NCBI GenBank assembly: GCA_964016885.1
Contig: OZ024745.1
Coordinates: 19,406,001 to 19,470,000 of the forward strand
DNA from: Eledone cirrhosa
Taxonomy: Eukaryota
Length of the DNA stretch: 64,000 bases
Direction: 5' to 3'
This document shows positions 1-16,049 of the stretch, one piece after another. Under the pieces are notes generated by a model. It was not told the origin of the DNA. It was given only the letters and a program-made list of their open reading frames with translations, and ran no database searches. A program made the position numbers and the translations under genes. Within the stretch, counting starts at the first letter, position 1. The number at the start of each line of letters is the position of its first letter.

Positions 1-171
1 TAGAATTGTTTGCAGTATTTTTTTCCGTATTTCAGCGGTTTAATTTTAAGTACCATCTTTCTGGGGTTGTACCAGGTGTTTAGTAGTGTCCTAGTAAGGG
101 CCAGACTTTCACCTGCTCAGTCCTTAAGCTATATGAAGTTTGAAGATCTATATATATATATATATATATAT

Positions 172-488
172 ATTGGCCTTGCAATCGAAAGGTTGTGAGT
201 TCAATTCTCAGACCGGGTGATGTGTTGTTTCCTTGAGCAAGACACTTTATTTCACATTGCTCCAGTTTACTCAGCTGTAGAAATGAGATGATAGGGACTG
301 GGGTCCCTATTATTCCACTGCAAAGTGGTCGTGGAGGTGCCATGGCAAAAAAAAAGCACCCAGCACTCACTGTAAATGAGGTTGGTGTTAGGAAGGGCAT
401 CCAGCTGTAGAAATCAAGCCAGAATCAGTTCCCGTCCCACCCTTGCAAGCAAGGAAAAGCGGACGTAAAATGATGATGATGATGATGA

Positions 489-491
<3 letters not shown>
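172..491 (+). mobile_element. tRNA-derived SINE, family A (5'-truncated), (ATG)n tail
   Basis: B-box-like GTGAGTTCAATTC and CCTTGAGCAAGACACTT domain; near-identical copies at 37371-37712 (+) and 42355-42678 (-); shares GGTGTTAGGAAGGGCATCCAGC with the local RTE 3' UTR. Confidence 0.85.
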
Positions 492-1075
<584 letters not shown>

Positions 1076-1135
1076 TATATATATATATATAATAAATTAA
1101 GAGTGAATAACCAATTAAGACATCTACCATAATTT

Positions 1136-1223
1136 TACTCTACGCAGGTTTCAATGTATAGCAGCCGGCCATACCTCAATATATTTGGATTTTAGTCTGC
1201 TGGTCTACATATCTTCAGGAATA
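1136..1223 (-). ncRNA. Type I hammerhead ribozyme motif with extended stem II
   Basis: Minus strand reads TATTC CTGAAGA T ATGTA...TACAT T GAAAC CTGC GTA GAGTA; 5-bp stem I. Confidence 0.7.
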
Positions 1224-1350
1224 CAAATATTGTCATAAGATTAAAAAAAAACACACACACACATAAACATATACACACACACATAAATATACACATACAT
1301 AAACACACACATACATACACATACACACACACACATACATATATATATAT

Positions 1351-1547
1351 TACGAAGGAAGTGTGGTAAGGAACCAGGTGGACCATAACGCACCAGAGTA
1401 CTCGATACTTTGGGTAGTAGAGTGGGTAATAGGAAAAGGTTCAGGAACCCGACGGCAGAGCTCAAGCCGTTCCGACGCTATTTTAGTCCAGAAATAGCCG
1501 TCGAAACGGCTTGAGCTCTGCCGTAGGGGTCCTGAACCTTTTCCTAT
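1351..1547. mobile_element. Fold-back element, copy 1 (same family as 5111-5309)
   Basis: ~55-bp hairpin arms 1429-1547; GAGTACTC at 1396-1403; flanked by (TA)n; only the GAAAC half of a hammerhead is visible. Confidence 0.7.
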
Positions 1548-1551
1548 ATAT

Positions 1552-2050
1552 ATGTAATCTGAGTTTTTCGAATATTAATAATAACAGTCGATTCGTTTGC
1601 AATGTTGCAAACAAGCCTCAATTCTATAGCCATGTCAGTAGAATGAATCCTTCATTCTTGCTCTTGTGTTGGCATGTGAACAGAACTGCAGACACTAATG
1701 TTTCTGGGTATCACCCTTCATCAGTACAGCTCACTGTTCACCAGCCAAACTGTCAGAGCCAGTGAAAATATATGCTATTTTCAAAAATACACAGTGACTG
1801 ATCGGCCTGATTTGCATATTAGCAGACTGGCTGATCAGTCAGATCTGCATATTAGCAGATCCACTGCTCAGCCAGATTTCGAATGTTATTATTAATATTA
1901 CGTGGTTGATAAAATAAAGTACCAGTAATGCACTGGGTAATTGCTGGCCTTGTGCCTAAAGTAGAAACAGTTATTATTAATATTCGAATGTTATTATTTA
2001 TATTCGAAAAACTCAGATTACATTTATTGTATTCAGCCATGTAGAGCGAA

Positions 2051-2055
<5 letters not shown>
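1552..2055. mobile_element. Hammerhead-bearing element with inverted arms and a nested SINE fragment
   Basis: Arms ~1552-1596/1986-2023; hammerhead 1686-1729; SINE tail fragment ~1905-1968. Confidence 0.6.
1686..1729 (-). ncRNA. Minimal type I hammerhead ribozyme
   Basis: CTGTA CTGATGA A GGGT GAT ACCC A GAAAC ATTAGT GTC TGCAG; homolog at 30199-30241. Confidence 0.8.
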
Positions 2056-2112
<57 letters not shown>

Positions 2113-2113
<1 letters not shown>

Positions 2114-2284
2114 GTTATTCCGGGTTGAATCGGACGTAACCACAGTAAGTAAGGTACTCAATACATTGCAGAATATAAAAGTTTTAATATAGATGAGATT
2201 CTACAGGACTAGAACTGTTTCATTCTTTAGAAATCATCTGATGATTTCTAAAGAATGAAACAGTTCTAGTCCTGTAGAATCTCA

Positions 2285-2293
<9 letters not shown>
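2113..2293. mobile_element. Fold-back hammerhead element (same family as 17302-17423)
   Basis: Palindrome 2185-2293 pivoting at the CTGATGA core (2238-2244); GAAAC AGTTCTA GTC 2257-2271; GAGTACC on minus at 2153-2159. Confidence 0.75.
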
Positions 2294-2379
<86 letters not shown>

Positions 2380-2526
2380 AAGAGAGAGAGAGAGGGGGAG
2401 AGACTGAGAGAGAGAGAGTTCAACAAAAAATTGTTGCAGAACTAACTCTATTATACCGAACTCGTCCTCTACTTACTACTAATATAACCTTCCGCTATAT
2501 TTATATATATATATATACATATATAC

Positions 2527-2594
<68 letters not shown>

Positions 2595-2596
2595 GT

Positions 2597-2645
<49 letters not shown>

Positions 2646-2646
2646 C

Positions 2647-2709
<63 letters not shown>

Positions 2710-2714
<5 letters not shown>

Positions 2715-3175
2715 ATACTTTGGGAGGGTCATGTTGCCAATAAGAAACACAAGCACCAGTTGCTTTTACTTCAATTTATTATATATTTACAAATTTATAA
2801 ATTTACAAATCTACAAATCTATAAATTTCTGGTTGGTTGGTTGGTTCCACAACCAGATAGTTGTTTATATAGAGTCATAGTCCTTTCGTCACACACTCTG
2901 TGACCTCTTCAGTGACTGGGGATTCCTTTCTTTGTTTCTGTGCCTTTCCTTTCTTCTGTCCTACGCCATTTTGTTTCTGTGTGTGTGTTGTGTGCTCAGT
3001 TTGCGCATGCGCCACATCCGGGTGTCTGTGTGTGTTTGTGTTCATTTATCTATTTGTTTATTTATTTATTTATTTACGTGTTATTGGTTGGTTGTTTGTT
3101 CTATGTGTGTGTGTGTTTTCATTTTGTCCTTAATTGTAAGTTGTGATGTTGCTGTTCCAACTTACAATTGTTCTG
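2710..3175 (-). mobile_element. Penelope 3' end (pseudo-LTR) fragment with hammerhead
   Basis: Reverse-complement homolog of 13790-14218; hammerhead 2873-2917: AGTCA CTGAAGA GGTCAC..GTGAC GAAA GGAC TA TGACT. Confidence 0.8.
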
Positions 3176-3708
3176 CTTCAACAAACTGCATCTTGCGGTC
3201 TTTAAATATAAGTATTGTTTCATTATCTAGGGGTCGGTAATGATGTGAAGAGCGTTCTTGTTTTGGAGGTTTTGTAGTTCGTGGCTTGCTGTGAAGAACC
3301 TGGAGGGTACAGACAAACAAAGTCTATAGTTGTAAACTGAGGTAGATCTTGGCAGTTTGACAGCCGTGAACTATTTCAACGTGGGAGAAAACCATTACAT
3401 TCACGTACACTATGGACTTTGTGAAAAATATCTTCTTCATTAGATATTTGACCTCCAGGCAAGATCGAATTAGATAACTAGTGGTATCCAGTTGAATTCA
3501 TCATCATCATCATCGTCATCATCATCTTCATCACCATTACTTGCGCCAACTTTGGGAATTACTGGTCCACAGAAACAAAGCGTGGGTGGGTTTGTGCGTA
3601 CATATCCAATTATGGAAACAGACATGGATGAAGGGTTAAGATGTTCGCTTTGCAATCATGAGCTTCCGGTGTCGTTACCATAGTCGCGGAGTGATCCAAG
3701 CTAGCCAA

Positions 3709-4490
3709 AGACAGCCACAAGGAAGGCTTCTTTTCCTGTCTAACTCTCCCTAACTAATGACAACCATTAGGAAGGCTTCTTTTCCTGTCTAACTCTCCCT
3801 AACTAATGACAACCATTAGAAAGGCTATTTTTCCTGTCTAACTCTCCCTAACTAATGACAACCATTAGAAAGGCTATTTTTCCTGTCTAACTCTCCCTAA
3901 CTAATGACAACCATTAGAAAGGCTATTTTTCCTGTCTAACTCTCCCTAACTAATGACAACTATTAGAAAGGCTATTTTTCCTGTCTAACTCTCCCTAACT
4001 AATGACAACCATTAGAAAGGCTATTTTTCCTGTCTAACTCTCCCTAACTATTGACAACCACAAGGAAGGCTTCTGTTTCTCTCTAGCTCTCCCTAACTAA
4101 TGACAACCATTAGAAAGGCTATTTTTCCTGTCTAACTCTCCCTAACTAATGACAACCATTAGAAAGGCTATTTTTCCTGTCTAACTCTCCCTAACTAATG
4201 ACAACCACAAGGAAGGCTTCTGTTCCTCTCTAGCTCTCCCTAACTAATGACAACCATTAGAAAGGCTATTTTTCCTGTCTAACTCTCCCTAACTAATGAC
4301 AACCACAAGGAAGGCTTCTGTTCCTGTCTAACTCTCCCTAACTAATGACAACCACAAGGAAGGCTTCTGTTCCTGTCTAACTCTCCCTAACTAATGACAA
4401 CCACAAGGAAGGCTTCTGTTCCTGTCTAACTCTCCCTAACTAATGACAACCACAAGGAAGGCTTCTGTTCCTGTCTAACTCTCCCTAACT
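3709..4490. repeat. 49-bp minisatellite, ~16 copies, two unit variants
   Basis: AACTAATGACAACCATTAGAAAGGCTATTTTTCCTGTCTAACTCTCCCT recurs at 3801, 3850, etc. Confidence 0.95.
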
Positions 4491-4745
4491 CCTAACTATT
4501 TTGACAGCTAACTATTCGCTGGAACATGCAGCTACGATAAATCAATAAACATTATTCAGGCCAAGGCTGTATGTGTCCTCTTACAACAGGTTTTACACTG
4601 ACAATCTATAAAGTGATTCACCAGATATGAATAGATAAATATATATATAGTTTTATGTCTCTCTATAAATGTGACTTAATGCGTATGCAAATGTGCGGAT
4701 GTCTGTGAGCGTATGTATGGTGTGTATATGTGTGAGTTTGTTTCC

Positions 4746-4778
<33 letters not shown>

Positions 4779-5025
4779 TGTATGTATGTATGTATGTATG
4801 TATGTATGTATGTATGTATGGATGGATGGATGGATGGATGTATATATGTATGTATGTAAGTATGCATGTATGTATGTATATATGTATTAACGTGTGCGTG
4901 TATGAATTATACATGAGTGTGTACGTGTGTATGAATGTATTATATGTGTGCCTACATTCCATTAGGTAAGACTTTTACCACATATACGTGAAGATGTGTG
5001 TGTCTAGGTATGTGTAAATGTGCAG

Positions 5026-5110
<85 letters not shown>

Positions 5111-5111
<1 letters not shown>

Positions 5112-5304
5112 CGAGGGAAAAGGGGTAAGGAACCAGGTGGACCATAACGCACCAAAGTACTCAATACTTAGGGTTAGGGTAGTAGAGTGGGTAATAGGAG
5201 TAAGTAAGACCCCGACGGCTGAGCTCAAGCCGTTTCGACGGCTAATTCTGTACTGAATTAGCCGTCGAAACGGCTTGAGCTCAGCCGTCGGGGTCTTACT
5301 TACT

Positions 5305-5309
<5 letters not shown>
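5111..5309. mobile_element. Fold-back element, copy 2
   Basis: Near-perfect hairpin ~5194-5309; GAGTACTT on minus at 5155-5162; within (TA)n. Confidence 0.75.
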
Positions 5310-5355
<46 letters not shown>

Positions 5356-5536
5356 TTCCCCCTATTTACATGTCCCAACGACTTTTTTTAGCCATTGCTC
5401 GCACCAACCGGAGGTATATGGTCTTTAAAGCGATGAAATACCAATGAAGGTTGGAAGATCACTGATGAAGGACTAAATTTATTCCTATGTAACCCATTTG
5501 CAACCACGCAGCACGCCATGTTTTCATATTTATATA

Positions 5537-5571
<35 letters not shown>

Positions 5572-5576
<5 letters not shown>

Positions 5577-5945
5577 CGAAAACATAAGTCAATTTCATGA
5601 ACTCATAATCCTTTATTTACTGCTATATATATTTCGATGATAGCCAATTGAATGGTTATGACCTCATCAGGCAGTTAGTCAGTTCTTAGATATGCCAGCT
5701 CTATGTTTATAGTGTTGATGGTATCCGAGCCTTGGGACATATGAGCTTGTTAGGAATAATTTAATGTTGTCAGCAGGAATAGTCTTAATTCTCATTGGTC
5801 AGTTTGTAGGTGCTAGTAGGGTTGGTATTTGACCAGAAAGAGGCAGGTGGTGTTGTAAAGTTCAAACCGTCAGGCAAGATGACAATAGTTCCATATGACT
5901 GATTTTCACAAAAAACATTCCTGGTCAGATATATATTCAATTAAG
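5572..5945 (-). mobile_element. Penelope-like 3' fragment with hammerhead
   Basis: Hammerhead 5619-5675; upstream minus-strand frame reads ...VILPDGLNF, like the PxGLN end of PLE GIY-YIG domains; homolog at 17465-17732. Confidence 0.7.
5619..5675 (-). ncRNA. Minimal type I hammerhead ribozyme
   Basis: ACTGC CTGATGA G..stem II..C GAAA TATATA TA GCAGT; perfect 5-bp stem I, palindromic loop III. Confidence 0.85.
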
Positions 5946-6384
5946 GTTAATAGTATGAAATAGATACTACAGGTCATTCTTAAATTGAGGAATTTATGTG
6001 GAGTGGTGCTACTGAAAATTATGGTTAGAGTAGAAAATGTACTTATGTAGGTTGGCTTGCACGTACACTCACACCCACCTCCACAGACACACACACACAT
6101 CCACACATACAAATTGAGAAATTAATGTGGGGTGGTAATACTTAAAATAATGGTTAGAGTCAAATACTTAGATTGTTTAGAAAATTTTAAAATAAAAGGT
6201 TTATGTTGGTTGAGTTGTACATACACTCACACCTACCCCCTCAGACACACACACATCTACACACACAAATCCATACAGGTGTGTATATATATATATGTAC
6301 GCACAAGTATATATATATATATATATATAAAATATATATATATACACAAAATATATATATATATAAAATATATATATATATAAA

Positions 6385-6995
<611 letters not shown>

Positions 6996-7139
6996 TAGGT
7001 CGTACAGTGAAATACTGGTGTGGTAGCAATCAAGCACTCTATGCACAGGCAGAGTGTATATAAACGAAACTTCCTCGATTTTTCTATTATATATATATAC
7101 ACACACACATATATATAGAGAGAGATATAGATAGATATG

Positions 7140-7825
7140 TTTCTTTATTAGCCACAGGGGCACAGAAGAAGGGGACAAATACAAAGGGGGAAGTTTACAT
7201 ACAATAAAAACGTGTAAAATGTTATCACAAATGCAATTTAAAAAATTAGTCGATTTTCCCCAATAGGGGGAGACAGTTCATATGGGTAACACATACCCCC
7301 GAAAAAATGTGCAACCCTCATCTCCAGGAGTACGAAGAATTTGTACTTCTTTCCTCTCCTCCTCCTTTTCCTCAACCTACAGGCTGATATAGAGAGAAGG
7401 CCCATTCACTCGGGCCATTCTCGCCACTTTCACCCACCTTTCATAAAACTTGCTGGGGTCCAGTGCCTCTCTCTCCACTCCGATTCTCCTTCTAAAGTGG
7501 TACCTAAAGAAGGGAATGAGTTGTTGTCCGAAGATAAAGGCATCTGTCCTCAGTCCTCTCAATCTCGTCCACCATATAACCTCTTTCACCATAGCCACTA
7601 TACAGAGGAAAACCGCCTCTCTTTCGTTTTTGAAGGATGTTGGCGGTTTGATCCTTACTATGGACTCGCATAGTTCTGCATAGTTCCACAGGTCGGTTAC
7701 GGCCGGGCAGTGTACAATTACGTGCAAGACAGTTTCAATGCCCTGCCCGCATCTTGGACATGTCCTCTTGGAAGGATCCCTGCCGGAGCGTCCGTGCCTG
7801 TAGATCTTGTCTCGAACTGGCATAG
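7140..7825 (-). mobile_element. L1/Tx1-like LINE 3' end (zf-RVT region)
   Basis: CPRCGQGIETVLHVIVHCP cysteine-histidine motif in ORF 7377-7973. Confidence 0.75.
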
Positions 7826-8071
7826 AGAGATAGATTACTTTATTATAATAATTGAACCAAGGATAAATTTGCCATAAATTCGACCATTCATTAGACACGC
7901 AGATATATATGTTGTTATTACAGACACTTTGTGCTTTAAATCCTCTTGTCATATCATAATGAGTTGGTTTCACAACTTGTCAAACTTGTTTACATATATA
8001 TATATATATATATACTCTTTTACTCTTTTACCTGTTTCAGCCATCCGGCTGAGGCCATGCTGGGGCACCGC

Positions 8072-8140
<69 letters not shown>

Positions 8141-8156
8141 TGTGTGTGTGTGTATG

Positions 8157-8197
<41 letters not shown>

Positions 8198-8301
8198 GAA
8201 ATATATATAGTAATAATAATAAATGTGAAGATTAAAATCCGGTTCGATAAGGATAATATATAAAACTATAGAGCAAATATTTATGAAAGATATATATATA
8301 T

Positions 8302-8506
8302 ATGACAGTCGATCGACTTTCGTCAAATCGGACCAAAGGAACAATGTTTCCGTTGGTCTTTCCAATTGCTAATACTATCTATCGGTGGCAACTCCAGGTA
8401 GAAGGAGCAACGTGAAATAAAGTGACCTGCTCCAGGACATAACGCATCGCCCGGTCCAGGAATCGAACTCACAACCTCACGATTGCGAATCCAATTCTCT
8501 AACCAC
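8302..8506 (-). mobile_element. tRNA-derived SINE variant
   Basis: GTGAGTTCGATTCC B-box on minus; homolog at ~28990-29205. Confidence 0.7.
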
Positions 8507-8577
8507 AATGAGTTATATGGCTTGTTGATTATTCAACAAGGTTAATTTTACAACAGATTAGAAGCATTCAACAATGC

Positions 8578-9179
<602 letters not shown>

Positions 9180-9180
<1 letters not shown>

Positions 9181-9470
9181 CCGCAACACAACAACAATGC
9201 GACACAACTATTTCACCTTAATCGGCCCAGCTCTGTTTAATATCATACCAAAGTACATCAAAACGGAAACAGATCCCATAAGTTTCAAAAATTCCCTGGA
9301 CAAATTTCTTCAAGAAATCTCGGACATACCTGCTACACCTGGATATGTCTCTCAAAACAATAACTCAGTAGGCCATGGTGTCCAAAATATGACTGATGTG
9401 CAAAACATGATCAGGTGGTGCTATTAAGTTAGACCTGGGACCATAGTGGCCGAAATCTAAGTTATCTGAG
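9180..9470 (+). mobile_element. CR1-type LINE 3' fragment
   Basis: GPALFNIIPKYIK...FKNSLDKFLQEISDIP resembles the C-terminus of ORF 47015-48685. Confidence 0.7.
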
Positions 9471-9491
9471 ATATATACATATGAATATATA

Positions 9492-9601
<110 letters not shown>

Positions 9602-9736
9602 AGTGTCTGTGTTTACATTTACAGTTTTTTTATGTCTTGTAATCTAGCTGTTCGACAATGATAAAGTAAGTAGTGGTGTGGATATGGTCAACTAATTTCC
9701 TTCAATACGGTGCCCCAGTCTGACCTCAATCTAATG

Positions 9737-9885
9737 TAGTCATGGGATTTCTGGATAGAACACCTAATTTCAAAATTGCCTCGAATTTGTTCAGTAGTAC
9801 GGCTCACTTTAAGATACGCCACATCCTACGCGGCCCACCGCTCAGAAAATGTTGCCCATGCCTGCTCTACACCAAATTCTCTCTC

Positions 9886-9953
<68 letters not shown>

Positions 9954-10128
9954 CCTCTCTCTGTCACTCTCTCCTTCTATACCAGCCATGGGCAAACTGC
10001 GGCCCGTTTGGCTTTCTAAATGACATGTCTAATTTTAAAATAACCTTGAATTTGTTAGTAGTGCGGCTCACCTTATGATGAGCCACATCCTATGCGGCTC
10101 ACTGCCCAGAAAAGCTTGTCCATGCTTG
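9737..10128. mobile_element. Composite of two hAT-type MITE units
   Basis: TIR-like CAGCCATGGGCAAAC / GCTTGTCCATGCTTG; 8-bp direct repeat ATCTAATG at 9729-9736 and 10129-10136. Confidence 0.6.
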
Positions 10129-10957
10129 ATCTAATGACTGAAACCAGCAAGAGAGGAACAGTTAATCAAATCCGTAAAAAGAAAGTCCGTGTGACAGACA
10201 AACTTATCTTATTTCACAAATGCCATTAAATTGTTGAAACAAGCAACATGTGAACACAAGCGCGTTCCATTGCCGTCCTCCGGGGAAACGCCTTTTCCAT
10301 TCTGTCCGCCGGGCTGTGGGGAGGCCATCAATATGATTGACAGACCAGTGGTTGACTACCAGGCTGCTGTTGGAAAGTCTTTTCCTTTACAGTCAGATCT
10401 GTTCTCCCTTACTCCTTCTACACTACCCCATTTTTTTTTTTAAATCCTAATTTAATATTTTCATCATTGTATAACCTTTAGTATACATTTCTGCTTTATT
10501 TGAAATCACTAAAGAATGTTATTGAGCGGCTGTCAAAAAGAAATTGGGTTTCGTTTATTTTAGACGCCAATGTCAAAAGATTTAATATGTCGCTGGGGTG
10601 ATAGAAGAATTCAGGTCACTCAGTAGGGGACCATTTATTTAATTTTTTGTTACAGCTCACACCTAAGACAGTAGACTCCAAATTCATATAAAGGGTGTCT
10701 CAAACGTCACTTCCTATTTTGAATAGCAATACGTACAACAAAAACAGAGAGTAACTTTTGAAACACTGTGTATATCTCCAGCAAATAGGTGGAGGAAAAA
10801 AGGGATGCGTCCATGTTTTATCCAATGTCTGCCCAAATCACGAATGCTCAGATTTTGAATATATATATATATATAATTAAAAATTGAACAGGGACAGAAC
10901 AGAGAGGCAGTACGATAAATGTTTATTAAATTCACGCTCAGGAGAGTGGGGGGTAGG

Positions 10958-10998
10958 TGGAGGACGACGTTTCGGGCATAAGCCCTTCTTCAGGTGAG
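10958..10998 (-). ncRNA. Minimal hammerhead-like motif in a Penelope-like remnant
   Basis: CTGAAGA A GGGC TTAT GCCC GAAAC GTC; stem I weak (about 2 bp). Confidence 0.55.
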
Positions 10999-11529
10999 AG
11001 TTCAAAAGGTGTGTAGGGGAGTGGTGGAGAGACATATAGCGAAAGGAAACGGTGCGAATGAAAAATTAACAAATAAAGACAAAAATATAATAAAATATAT
11101 ATATATATATATACTATATAAATTGGAAGTGGTCGGACGTTGTATATTTAAGTAAGTAGGTGTAGTCGGATAAACGTCGAAACGGCTTGGTGGAATGCAG
11201 CGAAAATGTACACAGTTATGCAGAATGACCCGAAGAGGCGTTGGGTCGACTTTTAGGGTACAAGCTTCCATGGTTACGGAGAAAATCGATGAAACAGGAA
11301 TTTCCCATTCAAATTGAACTGAGTGTAATCTGTGAACGCAGAAGTCAATATTTCGAGAAACGTTGCAACCGAACGAAAACAGGAAGACGATATTTTGGTT
11401 CGTGAAGACGTTCCCTGGCAATGAACGGAAAAAAGCAAGGATAATACGTCGTTATGTGGATCGAGAAGAACAATTTCATGCAATGACAAGACCAAGTTTC
11501 TGGTATAAATGGAGTCGTTAGACTAATAT

Positions 11530-12186
11530 TCTATTTAAAATAACAGAATGATTTCCAGCCCCAGAGTTTAAGAATGATGTAAATAAAATTGAAAACGAAA
11601 ATGACAGAGGTTATTAAAATAGTAAAAGTAAATAGTGAAGATTTAGGCCAGTACATACGTATGCCCCGACGGACATACACATACATACGCATACACAAAT
11701 ACATACCCCCCCCCACACACACACACACAAACGCACACACGCACACACACATACACACGACCGTGCATTTCTACAGTATTTTCACCAAACTTAAGACATA
11801 GGTTACTTATGTACTCCGGATGGTCATGGGCACTTTCATTTTTACAGATATTGATTATAGGGTCTCCCGGCAGATAACCCCCTTTAACCACTTCCTTGGA
11901 GTCGACTGATGAACTGCAGTGCAATGCAACAAAACGTCATAACTTCTGGAGTTCGCAACCGATTTTCACAAAACTTGACACATGGGCTACGTTTGTCCTA
12001 CAGATGAATGTGAACTCTCAGAATTGGCACATATTGAGTAGGGGACCCCTGGGGGCAGGAACCCTCTTTTGGAAAAAGCCGATGATTTTGTAAAAGTATA
12101 GTTTTCGAAGTAGCACTGAAGTATTGACATAAATGGTATACACAACTGCTATTTAATACCCGAGCAACGCCGGGTACCTCTGCTAG
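11530..12186 (+). mobile_element. Non-autonomous Helitron
   Basis: 3' hairpin ACCCGAGCAACGCCGGGT followed by CTAG|T (12183-12186); 5' TCTATTTAAAA boundary less certain. Confidence 0.65.
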
Positions 12187-12499
12187 TATATATATATATA
12201 TATATATTGAAAAGATAAAAAGGACGATTGGTTACTCCTTCATTACATTTATTGGTCGGTGACGCGCGTTTCGCCACTGATCAGCTCAAGGTTCGATCTT
12301 ACCCGACTCTGTAATCTGCAGCTCGGCGGATCCCTTAAATTGCTAGTAGAAAATATATATAAATGGCATATATATATTATATATATGTATATATAATGGC
12401 AGTTACGGTAGAGCGTCGGACAACATGCTTTCCGTCATATAGTTACGTCCCTTTACGTCCCTTTTTTCTGAATATATTAATAGAGATCTCGCTCTCTAT

Positions 12500-12850
12500 T
12501 TTGCTTTCTAAGTTGGGACTTATTCGCCCACTTATTTCTGGTAGGGTCATGGGGAAAGATACATCAAACACTCCTTCCAGTGGGTCCTGTCAGAAGCAAT
12601 CCCTCCAATTGATCTGGTTGGATCCCAAGCAAGACCAGCCGAACTCATGGATGTAATCCAACCATCTTGCTCGGGGTCTACTCCTGGGTCGCCCCCTGTG
12701 TTGTTTTGTCCGTAAAATCTGTCCACCAATTCTTTCCTGAAACAATCTCACCACATGTCCATAATATCAGATCTGGGATCTCTCAATTCAGAGAAGTACC
12801 GACTCTACCTGGTGTAGCTTCCTGATCTCCGAGCTACGCACTCTATCGAT
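12500..12850 (-). mobile_element. Degenerate RTE 3' fragment
   Basis: Minus frame GRPRSRPRARWLDYIHE. Confidence 0.6.
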
Positions 12851-12855
12851 TACCT

Positions 12856-14385
<1,530 letters not shown>

Positions 14386-15489
14386 CAAATAAATAATCGA
14401 GAATCGGAATCTCGGCTCACGAAATCACGAAACACAATCTTCGAAATGTGTGGTAGAGGGCTCAATAGTTTAGGTAAACCAGAGCTGTAACTATCGTTAA
14501 AATACCAACACATAGAGACAATGCTTAAAATCATTCGCACAGCCGAAAAAAACGACCAGGAAAATTCGGGTCACACAAATAATAAATTAATAAATTAATA
14601 AATTAAATGAATGTAAAATCTTACCCGGACCCGCTAGAAAGATGTTAAAATCTAGCTTTATGGGTTTCTGCAGTTCCTTAATCAAATACCATCGGCCCAC
14701 ATAAAAATTATATCTGACTTCTGGTAAAGAGATGAACGAGGAAGCTGCTTTCTCAACAGGCATTTCGTTCAGAAATATAGAGACACCCGACCCGTTACTA
14801 AACGCACATGGAATCCAGCAAGGGAGGGAACCCTATAATAGGCGAATGAATTCAGTAAAGTGTATATTTTTGTAAAAATACAAAATATCACAATATATAT
14901 ATATATATATTATAAAATCTTTTCCTGGGTCCTGTATTTTCGTTGCTCTAGTGATGCGGCTGGACTGCCGACCGCTATATCTGATTTGCTAAGCTGTCTG
15001 AACGTAATGTTATTACTCTGGGGCCTTTCCTCATCCGAGTGCTAAAGCTACAGATCGATTATGCATACGCTAGCTTGGCCATGTTCTAAAGCTTCGTTAA
15101 TGCTGTACTAAAATGTATATATATATATATATATATAAACATACGTACATGTGGGCCAGCTAAATGTGAAAGCAGTATGCGATTATTGCTACACTTATTA
15201 CAAAGTATTTGCTTGTTTTTCCCTTGGCTTCTGTCCAGCTCTCATCTCTTTTGCCAACTTCAGTAAACCGATTGTTCTTCTGATTGCTTATATTGCCTTA
15301 CTTTGCCTCTTTGTTTCATTATTACAGATATTCTATTGCTATGAAGCTTGCTCATTGTTCTTTGCCTGCAGATTATTCATATAAACCTACATAATGCATG
15401 TGTGGGTGTGAATATGTGTGTGTTTGTGGGTGTGAATATGTGTGTGTAGGGGTATGCAGTATATCCGTAGATAAAAGACAAATGGAAAA

Positions 15490-15680
15490 TAATTGTTTCT
15501 ACTTTTGGCACAAGGCCAGCAATTATTATCAGTGTATTACTGGTACTTTATTTTATTGACCCCGTAAGGATGAAAGGCAAAGTTAACCTCCGCGGGATTT
15601 GAACTCAGACCATAAAGGGACGTAACTGTGCTGCAAAGCATGGCGTCCGACCCTCTACCGATACTGCCAACCCACGCCCT
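15490..15680 (-). mobile_element. tRNA-derived SINE, family B (representative copy)
   Basis: TTGGCAGTATCGGTAGAG A-box and GAGTTCAAATCC B-box; further copies near 25030, 28208, 28400, 29750, 42165, 49330, 52020, 59740, 60290, 60448, 62330. Confidence 0.85.
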
Positions 15681-16049
15681 ACAAAAGGACATACATACAT
15701 ATACATACATGTACATACATATATATGTGTGTATGTATGTATATATGTATGTATGTAAGTATTACTGTATGTATATATATGTATGTATGTGTGTATATCT
15801 ATATTACTTCATGACATAACTGATGAGATCATATTTAGGGTCACACTGATCTCTATTAATGGTCAGGTCTCTCTATGATATTGATACGATAGTCTGTTAA
15901 TATGGTCTGCTTTTTGTTATCTTTCTGAGGTCATATTTACCACTGCTAGGAATATATTTACCGTTTCTTCCCCCAGCAACACCTTACACTACATTCATAT
16001 ATGAGTATTTAGGGTTTTCTCGTTTGTTTGTTGTTTTTTCTTTCATAAA

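Noticed and set aside
3709-4490. CRISPR-like or coding repeat
   Set aside because: Head-to-tail 49-mers with no spacers; unit length is not a multiple of 3.
5168-5179. TTAGGGTTAGGG telomeric seed
   Set aside because: Only two units and absent from the sister copy at 1351; not distinguishable from a small local duplication.
15820-15856. CTGATGA-GATCA...TGATC stem as a hammerhead
   Set aside because: GAAA is missing after the stem.
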